From Asaia bogorensis (GTDB taxonomy: Bacteria; Pseudomonadota; Alphaproteobacteria; CACIAM-22H2), in NCBI GenBank assembly GCA_945892765.1, contig CAMDDQ010000002.1, forward strand, positions 3,427 to 67,426: DNA of 64,000 nucleotides, read 5' to 3'. Positions 46,261 through 56,620 of the stretch are shown one piece after another. Positions within the stretch are counted from its first letter, which is position 1. Each line of letters starts with the position of its first letter. The notes beneath the pieces were generated by a model. The model was not told where the DNA came from. It did not search any database and saw nothing but the letters and a program-made list of their open reading frames with translations. The translations under genes were made by a program, and so were the position numbers.

Positions 46261-46890
46261 TCAGCGGTTCCGTCCGTGCGTGAGCCGTAGCAGATTGGGA
46301 GTCAGGATGCGTTCTGGATCGAAATTTGCTGCGGCTTCGTCAAAGGCGGCCTGCGGTGATCGCGTCTCGGTGAGGATGACGGCATCGACCGTGCCAAGCT
46401 GGCCCGGCAGCCTCGATACCTTCAGCCCGGCGAAAGTGTCGGCCTTACTCTTCGAATCCTGGATGCCGACCAGGACCACGCCATGTTCACGCGCGCATAG
46501 GGTGGCGATTTCCGCCAACTCGCTCGAACCCCACAGGGCGATGCGGCGCCAGTTTCGTTGCTCGCACAGTCCGAACAATTCCGAGAGCTGGCTGCGGGCC
46601 TTGCGAAAAAAATTGAACGACGACGACAGGTATTCCGCGGTCAGCCGGCTTTTTTCGGCGAATCCCTTGGGCGTGAGATAATACGCATAACGCTTCCGGG
46701 GAATTTGCCGGACCTTAATCAATCCCTTGCTCACACACCGGCGCAGATAGGCGTTCGTCAGTCCCAGCGCGATGCCAAGATCGCGGGATGCCGATCGCTG
46801 CGTGAGATCGCTGTTTTTTTCGACGGCGTTGAGCAAACCGAGCGTGATTTCGGTATCGCCCGCGCCCGTCGATGCCTGTGACTTCGCCAA
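46261..46890 (-). CDS. Winged helix-turn-helix transcriptional regulator with a C-terminal Rossmann-like domain.
   Basis: 'TQRSASRDLGIALGLTNAYLRRCVSKGLIKV' wHTH. TTG start at 46890 preceded by an AAGGA Shine-Dalgarno sequence. It is the first gene of the locus. Confidence 0.5.
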   Translation of the reverse strand: MAKSQASTGAGDTEITLGLLNAVEKNSDLTQRSASRDLGIALGLTNAYLRRCVSKGLIKVRQIPRKRYAYYLTPKGFAEKSRLTAEYLSSSFNFFRKARSQLSELFGLCEQRNWRRIALWGSSELAEIATLCAREHGVVLVGIQDSKSKADTFAGLKVSRLPGQLGTVDAVILTETRSPQAAFDEAAANFDPERILTPNLLRLTHGRNR

Positions 46891-46900
46891 GGGTATCCTT

Positions 46901-46939
46901 GTTCAGATCGTGAACGATACCCCGTTCATGGCATGAACG
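46901..46939 (-). promoter_or_regulatory. Tandem inverted repeats GTTCA-N5-TGAAC (candidate operator) in the locus promoter region.
   Basis: 'gttcagatcgtgaac' at 46901-46915 and the perfect 17-bp palindrome 'cgttcatggcatgaacg' at 46923-46939, centre-to-centre about 23 bp. They lie 10-50 bp upstream of the regulator TTG start. Confidence 0.5.
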
Positions 46940-46993
46940 TCAAGGCGCCCCGCCGCATTTCCTGTAGAGGAATTCCGGGATGAATCGCGGCGG

Positions 46994-48571
46994 TCAAGCC
47001 TTCGTCGGAAGGCGTTTGATGGCCCATTTCACCGCGGCATCGTCGGTTCCAGTCGCTCCCTCGACGACGATCTGCTCGCAACGCCGGGGCTTGCCAGCCT
47101 TGCCCAAATAGACGCTCTCCGCGAGCCCGATCCGCCCGCCCGCGACCTGAAGGCGCCAGCCGGGCCCGCGCGGTGGCCGCAACAGCGCCATGGCGCTGTT
47201 TTGCGCGAGCGACACCTGCACTTCGGGATGGATGTGGAAGCGGAGAGCGAAAGGCCGTCCGGCGGGACCGGTCAGGCGATCCTCGCCGCGCAAGTCATCG
47301 CCGGCGGCGGAAAGATAAAGCCGACGATGGTGGATGACGCCGAGCGTGCCGTACCCGTCGTGGCTTGCTTCGATCCAGATATTCTCATCGGCTTCGGCGC
47401 GGCGGCACTCCACGTGCACTGGCCGATGGCCGAGACCGCCATCGGCGAGCAGCTCCGACGAATTGGTGTTGGCAACCACGACGGTGCTGTGGGCGGCGGT
47501 GGCGCGCTGGGCCGTCCGCCACGCGGACGAATCCGCGCGTGTACCGCAATTGACGATCAGGCGTTCGCGGCCGACGCTCATCTCAAAGCTGAGCGTGCCG
47601 GCATGGGCTCTCCGATCGAGCCCCGGCGGCGGTGGCGCGCCGGCGTCGAAAATAACCAGCGTGCGCTCCGCGCTCAGGCGTTGGAAGCCCAGATGCGGCG
47701 CCGCGGCCGGTGGTTTGCCCTTGGCTTCGCTGGCGGCAAGGATAGCGTCGATCTCGGCGCCGTCCTCCTCGCCGCTGTCGTTGAACAGGGCCAGACCGCC
47801 ATCGCCATGCCGAAAGAAGCGGAGCATCGGAGCAACGCGGTCGATGGCGTGATGCAGGGCCTCGGGCACGCCGATGCCGCAATCGCTCAAGAGGACGCGC
47901 AACTCGACAAGAGCCCGCAGCGCTTCGAGTTGGGCGGCCGGCGAACGTTCGACATGTCCGCCGTCCACCAAGATTTGGCGCCCAAGCTCGCGCTCGAGCA
48001 AGGTCAGGCCGCGGGTGAGGAGGGCGTCCCGGCCGGGCAGGCAGGCCCCGGCAAAGATCAATCCCTTGATGGCGATGAGGCGGGCAACTCCGTCGGGCCC
48101 CGCGCCGGCGCTGCGCGCGAGACGGCGGAGTTGCCGGGCGAAGCTTCGGCGGAGGCGAAGGTCAAGGTCGGCGTCGGGTTTGAGAAAATCGTAAGCGCGC
48201 AGCCACGACGTCAAGCGAGCGCCCAGAATGTCGGCGCGCCAGGATACCGGATTCGGATCGCCATGGAGGTCGATCCAGGACGAAACCTCGGCGATAGCCA
48301 GGTTCCGCGCATCGGCGTCGCCCGACGCGCGCAAATCACTCAACCACTCAAAAGAATGGAAGCCGGCGCCAGCCGAATCGCCGGCTTCTGCTCGGGCTTT
48401 TTCTTCGAAGGCAATTTGGGCGCCACGATTGGGATCGCCGGCCCAGGGGTAGGATGGAATGCAATGTGGCCGTGGAACGGCGCCGGTGGTCCAGTCACGC
48501 CACAGCCGCGATAGCCGCGCGATCAATGTGGGCGGGCGAGAACGGGGCGCCTTCCCGGCGGTGCCTTCCAT
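46994..48571 (-). CDS. Heparinase II/III-like family protein (conserved alphaproteobacterial housekeeping neighbour of rpe).
   Basis: 525 aa. 'VDGGHVERSPAAQLEALRAL' and C-terminal Hepar_II_III-like regions. Confidence 0.65.
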   Translation of the reverse strand: MEGTAGKAPRSRPPTLIARLSRLWRDWTTGAVPRPHCIPSYPWAGDPNRGAQIAFEEKARAEAGDSAGAGFHSFEWLSDLRASGDADARNLAIAEVSSWIDLHGDPNPVSWRADILGARLTSWLRAYDFLKPDADLDLRLRRSFARQLRRLARSAGAGPDGVARLIAIKGLIFAGACLPGRDALLTRGLTLLERELGRQILVDGGHVERSPAAQLEALRALVELRVLLSDCGIGVPEALHHAIDRVAPMLRFFRHGDGGLALFNDSGEEDGAEIDAILAASEAKGKPPAAAPHLGFQRLSAERTLVIFDAGAPPPPGLDRRAHAGTLSFEMSVGRERLIVNCGTRADSSAWRTAQRATAAHSTVVVANTNSSELLADGGLGHRPVHVECRRAEADENIWIEASHDGYGTLGVIHHRRLYLSAAGDDLRGEDRLTGPAGRPFALRFHIHPEVQVSLAQNSAMALLRPPRGPGWRLQVAGGRIGLAESVYLGKAGKPRRCEQIVVEGATGTDDAAVKWAIKRLPTKA

Positions 48572-48583
48572 TCCGGCAGGCGA

Positions 48584-49246
48584 TCAGCCGTTCCTGAGGC
48601 GCCGGATGTTTTCGGCGTAGGCGGTCGGGCCGCCGGTGAACGTCGCCGTGCCGGCAACCAGAACATCGGCGCCGGCGGCGGCGGCGCTGCGCGCGGTCTC
48701 GAGATTGATCCCGCCATCGACTTCAAGATCGACACTTCGGCCCAGGGCATCGATGCGCCGGCGCAAAACCCGAATTTTGTCTAGTTGGCTGGCGATGAAT
48801 GCCTGACCGCCGAAGCCCGGATTGACCGACATGACCAAGACCAGGTCGATGTCGCCGAGGATGAAATCGATCGCCTCCACCGGGGTCGCCGGGTTCAGCG
48901 ATACGCCCGCTTTCTTTCCCAAGGATTTGATGAGCTGCACCGTGCGGTGCAGATGCGGACCGGATTCCGGGTGAACCGTGATGATGTCGGCACCGGCCTC
49001 CGCGAAATCCCGGATAAACGGGTCGACCGGGGCGATCATGAGATGTACGTCGAAAACCAGCTTCGTGTGGGGCCGCAACGCCTTCACGACACCTGGGCCG
49101 ATGGTGATGTTGGGCACGAAGTGGCCGTCCATGACGTCGACATGGATGTAGTCGGCGCCCGCCGAGGTCACTGCCCGCACCTCTTCCCCAAGCCGGGCGA
49201 AATCGGCCGACAAGATCGACGGTGCGATGCGCACGGATTGCTGCAT
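48584..49246 (-). CDS. rpe: Ribulose-phosphate 3-epimerase.
   Basis: '[16 protein letters not shown]...[13 protein letters not shown]...[10 protein letters not shown]'. Confidence 0.9.
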   Translation of the reverse strand: MQQSVRIAPSILSADFARLGEEVRAVTSAGADYIHVDVMDGHFVPNITIGPGVVKALRPHTKLVFDVHLMIAPVDPFIRDFAEAGADIITVHPESGPHLHRTVQLIKSLGKKAGVSLNPATPVEAIDFILGDIDLVLVMSVNPGFGGQAFIASQLDKIRVLRRRIDALGRSVDLEVDGGINLETARSAAAAGADVLVAGTATFTGGPTAYAENIRRLRNG

Positions 49247-49342
49247 GGATGACCTTAAAGATTTCCCCGTGTCGTATCAGGTGGAAGTGTTGACGACAAG
49301 GGACAAGGCTAATGGCGGCAAGCTGCCGCCCTTCCGCGAAGG

Positions 49343-50368
49343 TTAGGTGGCACGCTGCATATAGTTCTTGATGAGGTGTTCGGCGATCTGGACCGCATTC
49401 AGCGCGGCGCCCTTGCGCAGATTGTCGCCAACCACCCACAAGGCGAGGCCGTGCGGCACCGTATGGTCTTCCCGAATGCGGCTGACAAAGACATTATCCT
49501 CGCCGGCCACCTCGATCGGCGTCACATAACCCTCGTCGGCGCGTTGGTCGACCACCGAAACCCCGGGCGCCTTCTTGAGAGCGGCCCGCGCTTCGGCGGC
49601 CGAAATCGGCCTGGCGAATTCAACGTTGAGTGATTCAGCGTGGCCGATGAACACGGGCACACGCACACAGGTGGAGATGACCTCGATATCGCGATCGAGA
49701 ATCTTCCGCGTTTCCACCCGCATTTTCCATTCTTCCTTGGTCGCGCCGTCGTCCATGAAGACGTCGATGTGCGGGATGACGTTGAAGGCGATCTGCTTGG
49801 TGAATTTGTTGAGCTCGATTCTGTCGTTGACGAATATCGCGCGGGTTTGGCTGAACAGCTCGTCCATCGCCTCTTTTCCCGCGCCCGAGGTCGATTGATA
49901 AGTGGACACGACCACCCGTTTGATTCGGGCGATATCGTGCAGGGGTTTGAGGGCAACCACCATCTGGATGGTCGAACAATTGGGATTGGCGATGATATTG
50001 CGCCGGGCGTAATTGGCGATCGCCTCCGGGTTCACCTCGGGCACGACGAGCGGCACGTCCGGCTCCATGCGGAATTGCGACGTGTTGTCGATAACGACGC
50101 AACCCGCCTTGGCGGCCTTCGGGGCGAAGACCGCGGACACTTTCGAGCCCGGCGAGGACAGCGCGATATCGATTCCCTTGAAATCGAATTTCGCGAGGTC
50201 GCGGACCTTCAAGACATTGTCCTCGCCGAATGAGATTTCCGAACCGACCGATCGCTCGGACGCCAGCGCCACGACGTCATCGACGGGAAATTTGCGTTCA
50301 GCGAGCGTCGCCAGCATTTCGCGCCCGACATTGCCGGTGGCCCCAACCACTGCAACCCGGTAACCCAT
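49343..50368 (-). CDS. asd: Aspartate-semialdehyde dehydrogenase.
   Basis: 'VAVVGATGNVGREML...NPNCSTIQMVVAL...STYQSTSGAG'. ATG at 50368 with an AAGGA Shine-Dalgarno sequence. Confidence 0.9.
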   Translation of the reverse strand: MGYRVAVVGATGNVGREMLATLAERKFPVDDVVALASERSVGSEISFGEDNVLKVRDLAKFDFKGIDIALSSPGSKVSAVFAPKAAKAGCVVIDNTSQFRMEPDVPLVVPEVNPEAIANYARRNIIANPNCSTIQMVVALKPLHDIARIKRVVVSTYQSTSGAGKEAMDELFSQTRAIFVNDRIELNKFTKQIAFNVIPHIDVFMDDGATKEEWKMRVETRKILDRDIEVISTCVRVPVFIGHAESLNVEFARPISAAEARAALKKAPGVSVVDQRADEGYVTPIEVAGEDNVFVSRIREDHTVPHGLALWVVGDNLRKGAALNAVQIAEHLIKNYMQRAT

Positions 50369-50532
50369 GGTCCTTGATCTCCGTTTGGCTTGACAAGCAA
50401 GACCGCGTTGCTTACCCCTCATGGAAGGGCGATTGCAAGTGCGCTTGCCGGTTCCTTGCAGCAATGGCGGCGTGGGCGGCAGGGGCGCGCGTCTGACAAC
50501 CAGACGGCACGCTTTCCCCGGGGTCTAGCATT

Positions 50533-51219
50533 ATGCCCAATCCTCCGTCCAGCCACTTCCACCGCAGGTTGCGAGGCGTCGTCGCCGCCCGGCTCAATGA
50601 TGCCTTTGGCCTTGGCATAGGCGATATCCCGGCCCAACCAGCCAAGCGTGGCGAGGATCTGCTGTTTCTGGGGCGCTGGCTTGCCAATCCCCTGAAAGTC
50701 GGGTCGGTGCTGCCGAGTTCCCCGGCGCTGGCGCGCCTTGTCGCAAAACACGTCAAAGTTGCCGAAGATCAGGCCATCATCGAGCTTGGCGCCGGTACCG
50801 GTGCCGTGACCCGCGCTCTGAGAGCCTCAGGGATCCCCAACGACCGCCTATTCGTCGTGGAAATCGACGGCCGAATGGCTGCGTTCTTGCGGAAGCAATT
50901 CGCCAGTCTTCAAGTCATCCATGGCGACGCCACCAACCTCTCACATTTGGTGCCAGCGGCGTGGCATGGCCGGATCGGCACGGTCATCTGCGGAATTCCG
51001 ATGGTGAATCTGCCGCTTGCCATTCAAAAGCGGATCGTCGATGAGTGCTTTTCGGTCTTGGCGCCCCGGGGCCGCTTCCTGCAATTCACCTATTTGCCGG
51101 TATCCCCTCTGCCCAAGGGTCGGCTCGGCCTCACGGGCAAACGGTTGGGCACGACAATCTTCAACCTGCCGCCCGCCTCGGTTTGGGCCTATCAAAAGGC
51201 CGAACCGGAAGCCGCTTAG
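50533..51219 (+). CDS. Class I SAM-dependent methyltransferase (phospholipid / rRNA-adenine-methylase-like).
   Basis: 'IIELGAGTGAVTRAL' motif I. 228 aa. Confidence 0.55.
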   Translation: MPNPPSSHFHRRLRGVVAARLNDAFGLGIGDIPAQPAKRGEDLLFLGRWLANPLKVGSVLPSSPALARLVAKHVKVAEDQAIIELGAGTGAVTRALRASGIPNDRLFVVEIDGRMAAFLRKQFASLQVIHGDATNLSHLVPAAWHGRIGTVICGIPMVNLPLAIQKRIVDECFSVLAPRGRFLQFTYLPVSPLPKGRLGLTGKRLGTTIFNLPPASVWAYQKAEPEAA

Positions 51220-51224
51220 GCCGT

Positions 51225-52337
51225 TCAGGCCGAGAGCTGGTCGAGCTCCCTTAACACGGCGTCGCCCATTCCGGTCGTTGAAACGGGTGTCTTGCCGGGT
51301 TGCATGATGTCGGCAGTACGAATGCCGGCGTTCAGCGCGGCCTCGACGGCTCGCTCAACCAACCTCGCATCTTCCTCGAGGTCGAACGAATAGCGCAGCA
51401 TCATCGCGAAGCTCAGCACGGTGGCCAGCGGATTGGCGATATCTTTGCCCGCGATGTCGGGGGCGCTGCCATGGACGGGTTCGTACAGCGCCCGGCGCCG
51501 TCCCGAACCGTCGGCCTGGCCCAGCGAGGCTGAGGGCAACATGCCGAGCGAGCCGGTCAGCATCGCGGCGCAATCGGAGAGCAAGTCACCGAATAGATTG
51601 TCGGTGACGATGACGTCGAATTGCTTCGGCGCGCGCACGAGCTGCATGGCGCAGTTGTCGGCGTACATGTGCGACAGCTCGATGCGTGGATAGGAGAAAT
51701 CGCGCAGCTTCTGCACCTCCTCGCGCCAAAGCTGGCCGCTTTCCATGACATTGGCTTTTTCCACGGAACAGAGTTTCCCGCGGCGTTTACCGGCAAGCTC
51801 GAAGGCGACACGGGCGACGCGGTCGATTTCCGCGGTCGTGTAGACCTGGGTATTCACACCGCGTCGGCTGCCGTCCGGCAATGTCTCGATGCCGCGGGGC
51901 AGGCCGAAATAGACGCCACCGGTCAACTCGCGGACGATCAAAAGATCGAGACCGCGTACAATTTCAGGTTTAAGCGTCGAAGCGTCGAGCAAGGCCTCGA
52001 ATAGGAAGGCCGGCCGCAGATTCGCGAACAAGTCCAAATCCTTTCGCAGCCGCAACAGGCCGCGCTCAGGCTTCTTGACGAAGGGTACCGAATCCCATTT
52101 TGGGCCGCCGACGGCGCCGAACAACACAGCGTCGGCCTGCATCGCCCGATCGAGCGTGGCATCGGTGAGCGGTGTGCCATGAACGTCGTAAGCGGCGCCG
52201 CCGACCAACCCTTCTTCGATATCGAAATCGACGGCGCGGTTGCGACTCATCCATTCGATGATGCGGCGAACTTGCCGCATGGATTCGGGACCGATGCCGT
52301 CGCCGGCAAGGATCAGGAGTCTGCGTTTGGCGGGCAT
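51225..52337 (-). CDS. leuB: 3-isopropylmalate dehydrogenase.
   Basis: '[12 protein letters not shown]...[26 protein letters not shown]'. Confidence 0.9.
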   Translation of the reverse strand: MPAKRRLLILAGDGIGPESMRQVRRIIEWMSRNRAVDFDIEEGLVGGAAYDVHGTPLTDATLDRAMQADAVLFGAVGGPKWDSVPFVKKPERGLLRLRKDLDLFANLRPAFLFEALLDASTLKPEIVRGLDLLIVRELTGGVYFGLPRGIETLPDGSRRGVNTQVYTTAEIDRVARVAFELAGKRRGKLCSVEKANVMESGQLWREEVQKLRDFSYPRIELSHMYADNCAMQLVRAPKQFDVIVTDNLFGDLLSDCAAMLTGSLGMLPSASLGQADGSGRRRALYEPVHGSAPDIAGKDIANPLATVLSFAMMLRYSFDLEEDARLVERAVEAALNAGIRTADIMQPGKTPVSTTGMGDAVLRELDQLSA

Positions 52338-52342
52338 CGGGT

Positions 52343-52954
52343 TCACTTGAACAGCCACGGCTGGGTTCGCCGCGCCGCCTGTTCGTAAGTTGCGATCGCG
52401 GGCGCCTTCTCCAGGGTCAATTCAATATCGTCCAGGCCGTTGAGCAGGCAATGTTTGCGGAAGGGGTCGATCTCGAAGGTCACCGTCCTGCCGTCGGGAT
52501 CGATGATTTCCTGTTTCGCCAAATCTATGGTGAAAACCGCGTTGGCGCCGCGCCCGGCGCACTCTGTGAGGCGGGCGATTTCCGGCTTTGGCAAAACCAC
52601 GGGCAGAATGCCGTTCTTGAAGCAGTTGTTATAGAAAATATCGGCGAAGCTTTCGGCGATGACACAACGGATGCCGAAATCGAGTAGGGCCCAGGGCGCA
52701 TGCTCCCGGCTCGATCCACAGCCGAAATTCCCTCCCGCGATCAGGATGCCGGCCTTGCGGTAGCGGGGTTGGTTGAGGACGAAATCCGGCCTCTCGCTGC
52801 CGTCGGCGTTGTAACGCAGGGGATAGAGCAGGGCCGTGCCGAGTCCGCTCCGCCTAATTGTTTTCAGGAACCGGGCCGGAATGATCCTGTCGGTATCGAC
52901 GTTGTCGATCGGTAGCGGAGCCGCGACTCCGGAAAGCGTGTCAAACTTTTGCAT
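52343..52954 (-). CDS. leuD: 3-isopropylmalate dehydratase small subunit.
   Basis: '[21 protein letters not shown]...[18 protein letters not shown]'. Confidence 0.9.
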   Translation of the reverse strand: MQKFDTLSGVAAPLPIDNVDTDRIIPARFLKTIRRSGLGTALLYPLRYNADGSERPDFVLNQPRYRKAGILIAGGNFGCGSSREHAPWALLDFGIRCVIAESFADIFYNNCFKNGILPVVLPKPEIARLTECAGRGANAVFTIDLAKQEIIDPDGRTVTFEIDPFRKHCLLNGLDDIELTLEKAPAIATYEQAARRTQPWLFK

Positions 52955-52987
52955 TTTTGTCCGCTTGTTGTCGTCGTGTCGGCAGCG

Positions 52988-54394
52988 CTACACGACCTCG
53001 CGCACATCCGCGAGGCGGCCGGCCAACGCGGCCGCAGCAGCCATTTCAGGGCTCATCAGATGGGTTCGTCCGCCCGGTCCCTGCCGTCCCTCAAAATTGC
53101 GATTGGAGGTCGAGGCGCAGCGCTCGCCGGGCTTCAACTTGTCGGCGTTCATTGCCAGGCACATGGAACAGCCAGGTTCGCGCCATTCAAATCCCGCGTC
53201 GATGAAGACGCGATCAAGCCCCTCCGTTTCCGCCTGGTTCTTGACCAGGCCGGACCCGGGAACCACCAACGCCCGGACCGAATCGGCCACATGGCGGTTC
53301 TTGACGACGGCGGCGGCGGCGCGCAGATCCTCAATGCGTGCATTCGTGCAGGAACCAATGAACACGGTGTCGATCTGTATGTCGCGAAGGTTCATGCCTG
53401 GCGTGAGACCCATATAGCTCAGGGCGCGCTCCATGGCTTCCCGGCGTCGCGGATCGGCCTGTTCGGCCGGATCGGGGACCGTTCCATCGATCGCGGCCAC
53501 ATCTTGGGGGCTGGTGCCCCAAGTGACCTGGGGCGCGATTGCGCCGGCATCGAGCGCGACCTCGCTCTCGTAAATCGCCCCGGGATCGGAGGGCAGCGTC
53601 TTCCAATAGGCGAGCGCCATTTCCCAGGCCCCGGCCTTCGGCGCCAACGGACGCCCGCCAAGATAGGCGAAGGTCTTTTCATCCGGAGCGATCAAACCCG
53701 CCCGTGCTCCCGCCTCGATGGACATGTTGCACATGGTCATGCGGCCTTCCATCGACAGCTCGGCCACCGCCTCTCCGGCAAATTCGATGACATGTCCGGT
53801 GCCGCCGGCCGTTCCGATCTGGCCGATGATCCCCAAGACCAAATCCTTGGCCGCGACGCCTTTTCCACGCCGCCCCGACACGGTGACGCGCATGTTCGAG
53901 GCCGGACGCTGGATCAGGGTTTGCGTGGCCAGCACATGCTCGACCTCGGAGGTGCCGATGCCAAAGGCCAGCGCGCCGAAGGCGCCGTGGGTGGACGTAT
54001 GGCTGTCGCCGCAGACGATGGTCATGCCCGGTTGGGTCAAACCCTGCTCCGGGCCCACGATATGAACGATGCCCTGCCTTATATCCCCCATGTCGAAATA
54101 GCGGATGCCGAAGGCGGTGCAGTTCTGCCCCAAGGTTTCGACCTGGAGCAGCGATTGTTCGTCGGTTATGCCGAGCCGGCGGTCGGTTGTCGGGACGTTG
54201 TGATCGGCGACGGCGAGCGTCAGGTCCGGGCGGCGCACCGGCCGCCCGGCGCTACGCAATCCCTCGAAGGCCTGCGGCGAGGTGACCTCGTGAATGAGGT
54301 GGAGGTCGACGTAGATGAGGCACGTACCGTCCTTCTGCCGATCAACGACATGGTGGTTCCAAATCTTGTCGAACAGGGTGAGCGGCTTCGACAT
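52988..54394 (-). CDS. leuC: 3-isopropylmalate dehydratase large subunit.
   Basis: '[12 protein letters not shown]...[24 protein letters not shown]' aconitase-family motifs. Confidence 0.9.
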   Translation of the reverse strand: MSKPLTLFDKIWNHHVVDRQKDGTCLIYVDLHLIHEVTSPQAFEGLRSAGRPVRRPDLTLAVADHNVPTTDRRLGITDEQSLLQVETLGQNCTAFGIRYFDMGDIRQGIVHIVGPEQGLTQPGMTIVCGDSHTSTHGAFGALAFGIGTSEVEHVLATQTLIQRPASNMRVTVSGRRGKGVAAKDLVLGIIGQIGTAGGTGHVIEFAGEAVAELSMEGRMTMCNMSIEAGARAGLIAPDEKTFAYLGGRPLAPKAGAWEMALAYWKTLPSDPGAIYESEVALDAGAIAPQVTWGTSPQDVAAIDGTVPDPAEQADPRRREAMERALSYMGLTPGMNLRDIQIDTVFIGSCTNARIEDLRAAAAVVKNRHVADSVRALVVPGSGLVKNQAETEGLDRVFIDAGFEWREPGCSMCLAMNADKLKPGERCASTSNRNFEGRQGPGGRTHLMSPEMAAAAALAGRLADVREVV

Positions 54395-54426
54395 GTCGCT
54401 CCCGCCTCACCGCGCCGGTTCGTGGA

Positions 54427-54864
54427 TCATTTGTCCGCCTTGGCCGCCTCCGCCGCGACCGGGGTGGCGTCCGCAATCAGCTCAGCTTCTGGCAAATCCG
54501 AGGCCGTCGCCGCACGTTCGGCGATACGCGCCTTCTTGCCGGTCCGGCCGCGCAGGTAATACAGCTTGGCCCGGCGCACATCGCCGTGGCGGACGACTTC
54601 GATATCGGCGATCCGGGGAGAATAAAGCGGGAAAACACGTTCAACACCCTCGCCGAACGAGATTTTGCGCACGGTGAAGGACGAGTTGAGTCCGGAATTG
54701 CGGCGCGCGATACACACGCCCTCGAACGCCTGTAGACGCTCGCGCGTGCCCTCGACCACCTTGACGCTGATCTTGAGCGTATCGCCCGGTCGGAAGCTCG
54801 GCACTTTGCGTTGCGCCGTCAGCTTGGCGATCTGTTCATTCTCGAGTTGTTCGATGACGTTCAT
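54427..54864 (-). CDS. rplS: 50S ribosomal protein L19.
   Basis: 'MNVIEQLE...[16 protein letters not shown]...[41 protein letters not shown]'. Confidence 0.85.
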   Translation of the reverse strand: MNVIEQLENEQIAKLTAQRKVPSFRPGDTLKISVKVVEGTRERLQAFEGVCIARRNSGLNSSFTVRKISFGEGVERVFPLYSPRIADIEVVRHGDVRRAKLYYLRGRTGKKARIAERAATASDLPEAELIADATPVAAEAAKADK

Positions 54865-54887
54865 GGTTAGTCCTTTCTGCGAATGCA

Positions 54888-55607
54888 CTACGCGCGGGCA
54901 GCCACATATCGGGCCCACAAGTCGGGCCGCCGCTCGCGCGTTATTTGTTCGGCCTGACTAAGGCGCCAGGCCCGGATTTTCTCATGGTGACCCGAGACCA
55001 ACACATCGGGCACGGGTCTTTCTTGCCAAATCTGTGGCCGGGTGTAGTGCGGATATTCCAGGAGGCCGCGCTCGAAGCTCTCCTCCGCCAGCGATTGTTC
55101 CTGCCCCATGACGCCGGGCAACAGCCGCACGCAGGCATCGATCAGCGCGATTGCCGCCGGTTCGCCGCCAGACAGCACGAAGTCGCCGAGGCTGACTTCT
55201 TCCAATCCGCGCGCGGCGATGACCCGTTCATCGATGCCCTCGAATCGACCGCACACCATGACGACGCCGGGGGCTTCGGCAATCTCGCGGATGCGCCGTT
55301 GCGCCAGCAGGTTGCCGCGCGGCGATAGGCAGATCGTGGGCCGCGCCGGGCCGCGCTGGACCGCCCAAGCAAGCGCGGCGTCGATGACGTCGGGACGCAT
55401 GACCATCCCCGGGCCGCCGCCGAAGGGGTAATCATCAACCGTGCGATGGCGGTCGGTGGCGAAGCCGCGAATGTCCACGGCCTCCAACGCCCAACGCCCA
55501 TCGGCCAGGGCGCGGCCGGCCAAGGAATGGCCGAGCGGCCCCGGAAACATCTCCGGGAACAACGTCAGCACCGTAGCTGACCAGGGAAGCCTTGCGGTCT
55601 CGGTCAT
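54888..55607 (-). CDS. trmD: tRNA (guanine37-N1)-methyltransferase.
   Basis: '[17 protein letters not shown]...GGGPGMVM...LSPRG...[12 protein letters not shown]'. Confidence 0.85.
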   Translation of the reverse strand: MTETARLPWSATVLTLFPEMFPGPLGHSLAGRALADGRWALEAVDIRGFATDRHRTVDDYPFGGGPGMVMRPDVIDAALAWAVQRGPARPTICLSPRGNLLAQRRIREIAEAPGVVMVCGRFEGIDERVIAARGLEEVSLGDFVLSGGEPAAIALIDACVRLLPGVMGQEQSLAEESFERGLLEYPHYTRPQIWQERPVPDVLVSGHHEKIRAWRLSQAEQITRERRPDLWARYVAARA

Positions 55608-55611
55608 TCCA

Positions 55612-56208
55612 TCAATCCCGATCGACGGATCGTCCGCTCGCAGGGAGGGGCGGGCGAAGCCCGCCTTGTTCGATATCCGGGTCATCGTCGGTTTCCGTCG
55701 GAGGATCGACAACGACGCGTCCTCCGCCCAGATCGACGACCGGCACCGTCCGGCGACCGAAGGGAATCATCATTTCAGACGTTTCGCCGGCGATTTCGAG
55801 ATAGGGCCCGCCGCCATGGTTGTGGACAGCCTTGACCGTTCCCAAAAAGCCGCCGTCGCTCGACTCCGCGCGCAAGCCGATCAGATCGGCTTGGTAGTAT
55901 TCCTCCTCGGCCAGTTTCGGCAGGGCATCGCGCGAGGTAAACAGCCGCGTGCCCGCCAATGCCGCGGCGGCGTCGCGGTCTTCGACGCCGCGGATCGCCG
56001 CGACCAGCCCTCCCCTTGCCGCCGCCAGCTTCTTCAACGCGAAGCGCCGCGAGCCCGACTCGTCGAAAAGGGGTTGATAGGCGGTGATCGCGGCCGGGTC
56101 GGAGGTGAAGCTCTGGACACGCACGGCGCCGCGCACGCCGTGTGGCCCCACGATCACACCGACGCAGATGGGCTGCGTCGGCGTTCCAGGCTGCTTCACT
56201 GCGACCAT
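55612..56208 (-). CDS. rimM: Ribosome maturation factor RimM.
   Basis: '[22 protein letters not shown]...YYQADLIGL'. Operon order is rpsP-rimM-trmD-rplS. Confidence 0.8.
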   Translation of the reverse strand: MVAVKQPGTPTQPICVGVIVGPHGVRGAVRVQSFTSDPAAITAYQPLFDESGSRRFALKKLAAARGGLVAAIRGVEDRDAAAALAGTRLFTSRDALPKLAEEEYYQADLIGLRAESSDGGFLGTVKAVHNHGGGPYLEIAGETSEMMIPFGRRTVPVVDLGGGRVVVDPPTETDDDPDIEQGGLRPPLPASGRSVDRD

Positions 56209-56223
56209 CGTCCGATCCGGCGT

Positions 56224-56586
56224 TTAGGCGGCGGGCGCGCCGCTGGCCGGCGCCGTAGCGGCGGCGGCCTCGGTGCGCTCGCGTGTCTTCTTGCGGGGCG
56301 CGCTCTTTTTCGGGCTTTCGCCATAGGTCGGCATCGGCGCCAGACCGGCTTTCCCTAGGAAGCGGCCGACACGATCGCTCGGCTTGGCGCCGACCGATAG
56401 CCAATATTTGATGCGTTCGGCATCCAGCGTTACGCGGTCGGGATGGTTGTCGGCGACCATCGGGTTATAGGTGCCGAGCTTTTCGATGAAACGTCCGTCC
56501 CTTGGGCAACGGCTATCGGCGACGACGATACGGTAGAACGGCCGTTTCTTGGCTCCGGCCCGGCTCATGCGAATTTTCAAGGCCAT
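56224..56586 (-). CDS. rpsP: 30S ribosomal protein S16, with a C-terminal Ala/Pro-rich extension.
   Basis: '[42 protein letters not shown]'. Confidence 0.85.
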   Translation of the reverse strand: MALKIRMSRAGAKKRPFYRIVVADSRCPRDGRFIEKLGTYNPMVADNHPDRVTLDAERIKYWLSVGAKPSDRVGRFLGKAGLAPMPTYGESPKKSAPRKKTRERTEAAAATAPASGAPAA

Positions 56587-56620
56587 GTCGGTCTCGACCT
56601 CATTTCTGGTTGGAGTGACA

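Noticed and set aside
49302-49318. GGCGGCA-gct-TGCCGCC hairpin after asd
   Set aside because: The 7-bp stem has no T-tract on the relevant strand. It could be a weak terminator or an RNA-stability element, but the evidence is insufficient for a feature call.
50388-50398. GCTTGACAAGC palindrome containing a TTGACA hexamer in the asd/methyltransferase divergent intergenic region
   Set aside because: It has only 5-bp arms and no convincing -10 element at 16-18 bp. This is too weak to call an operator or promoter without expression data.
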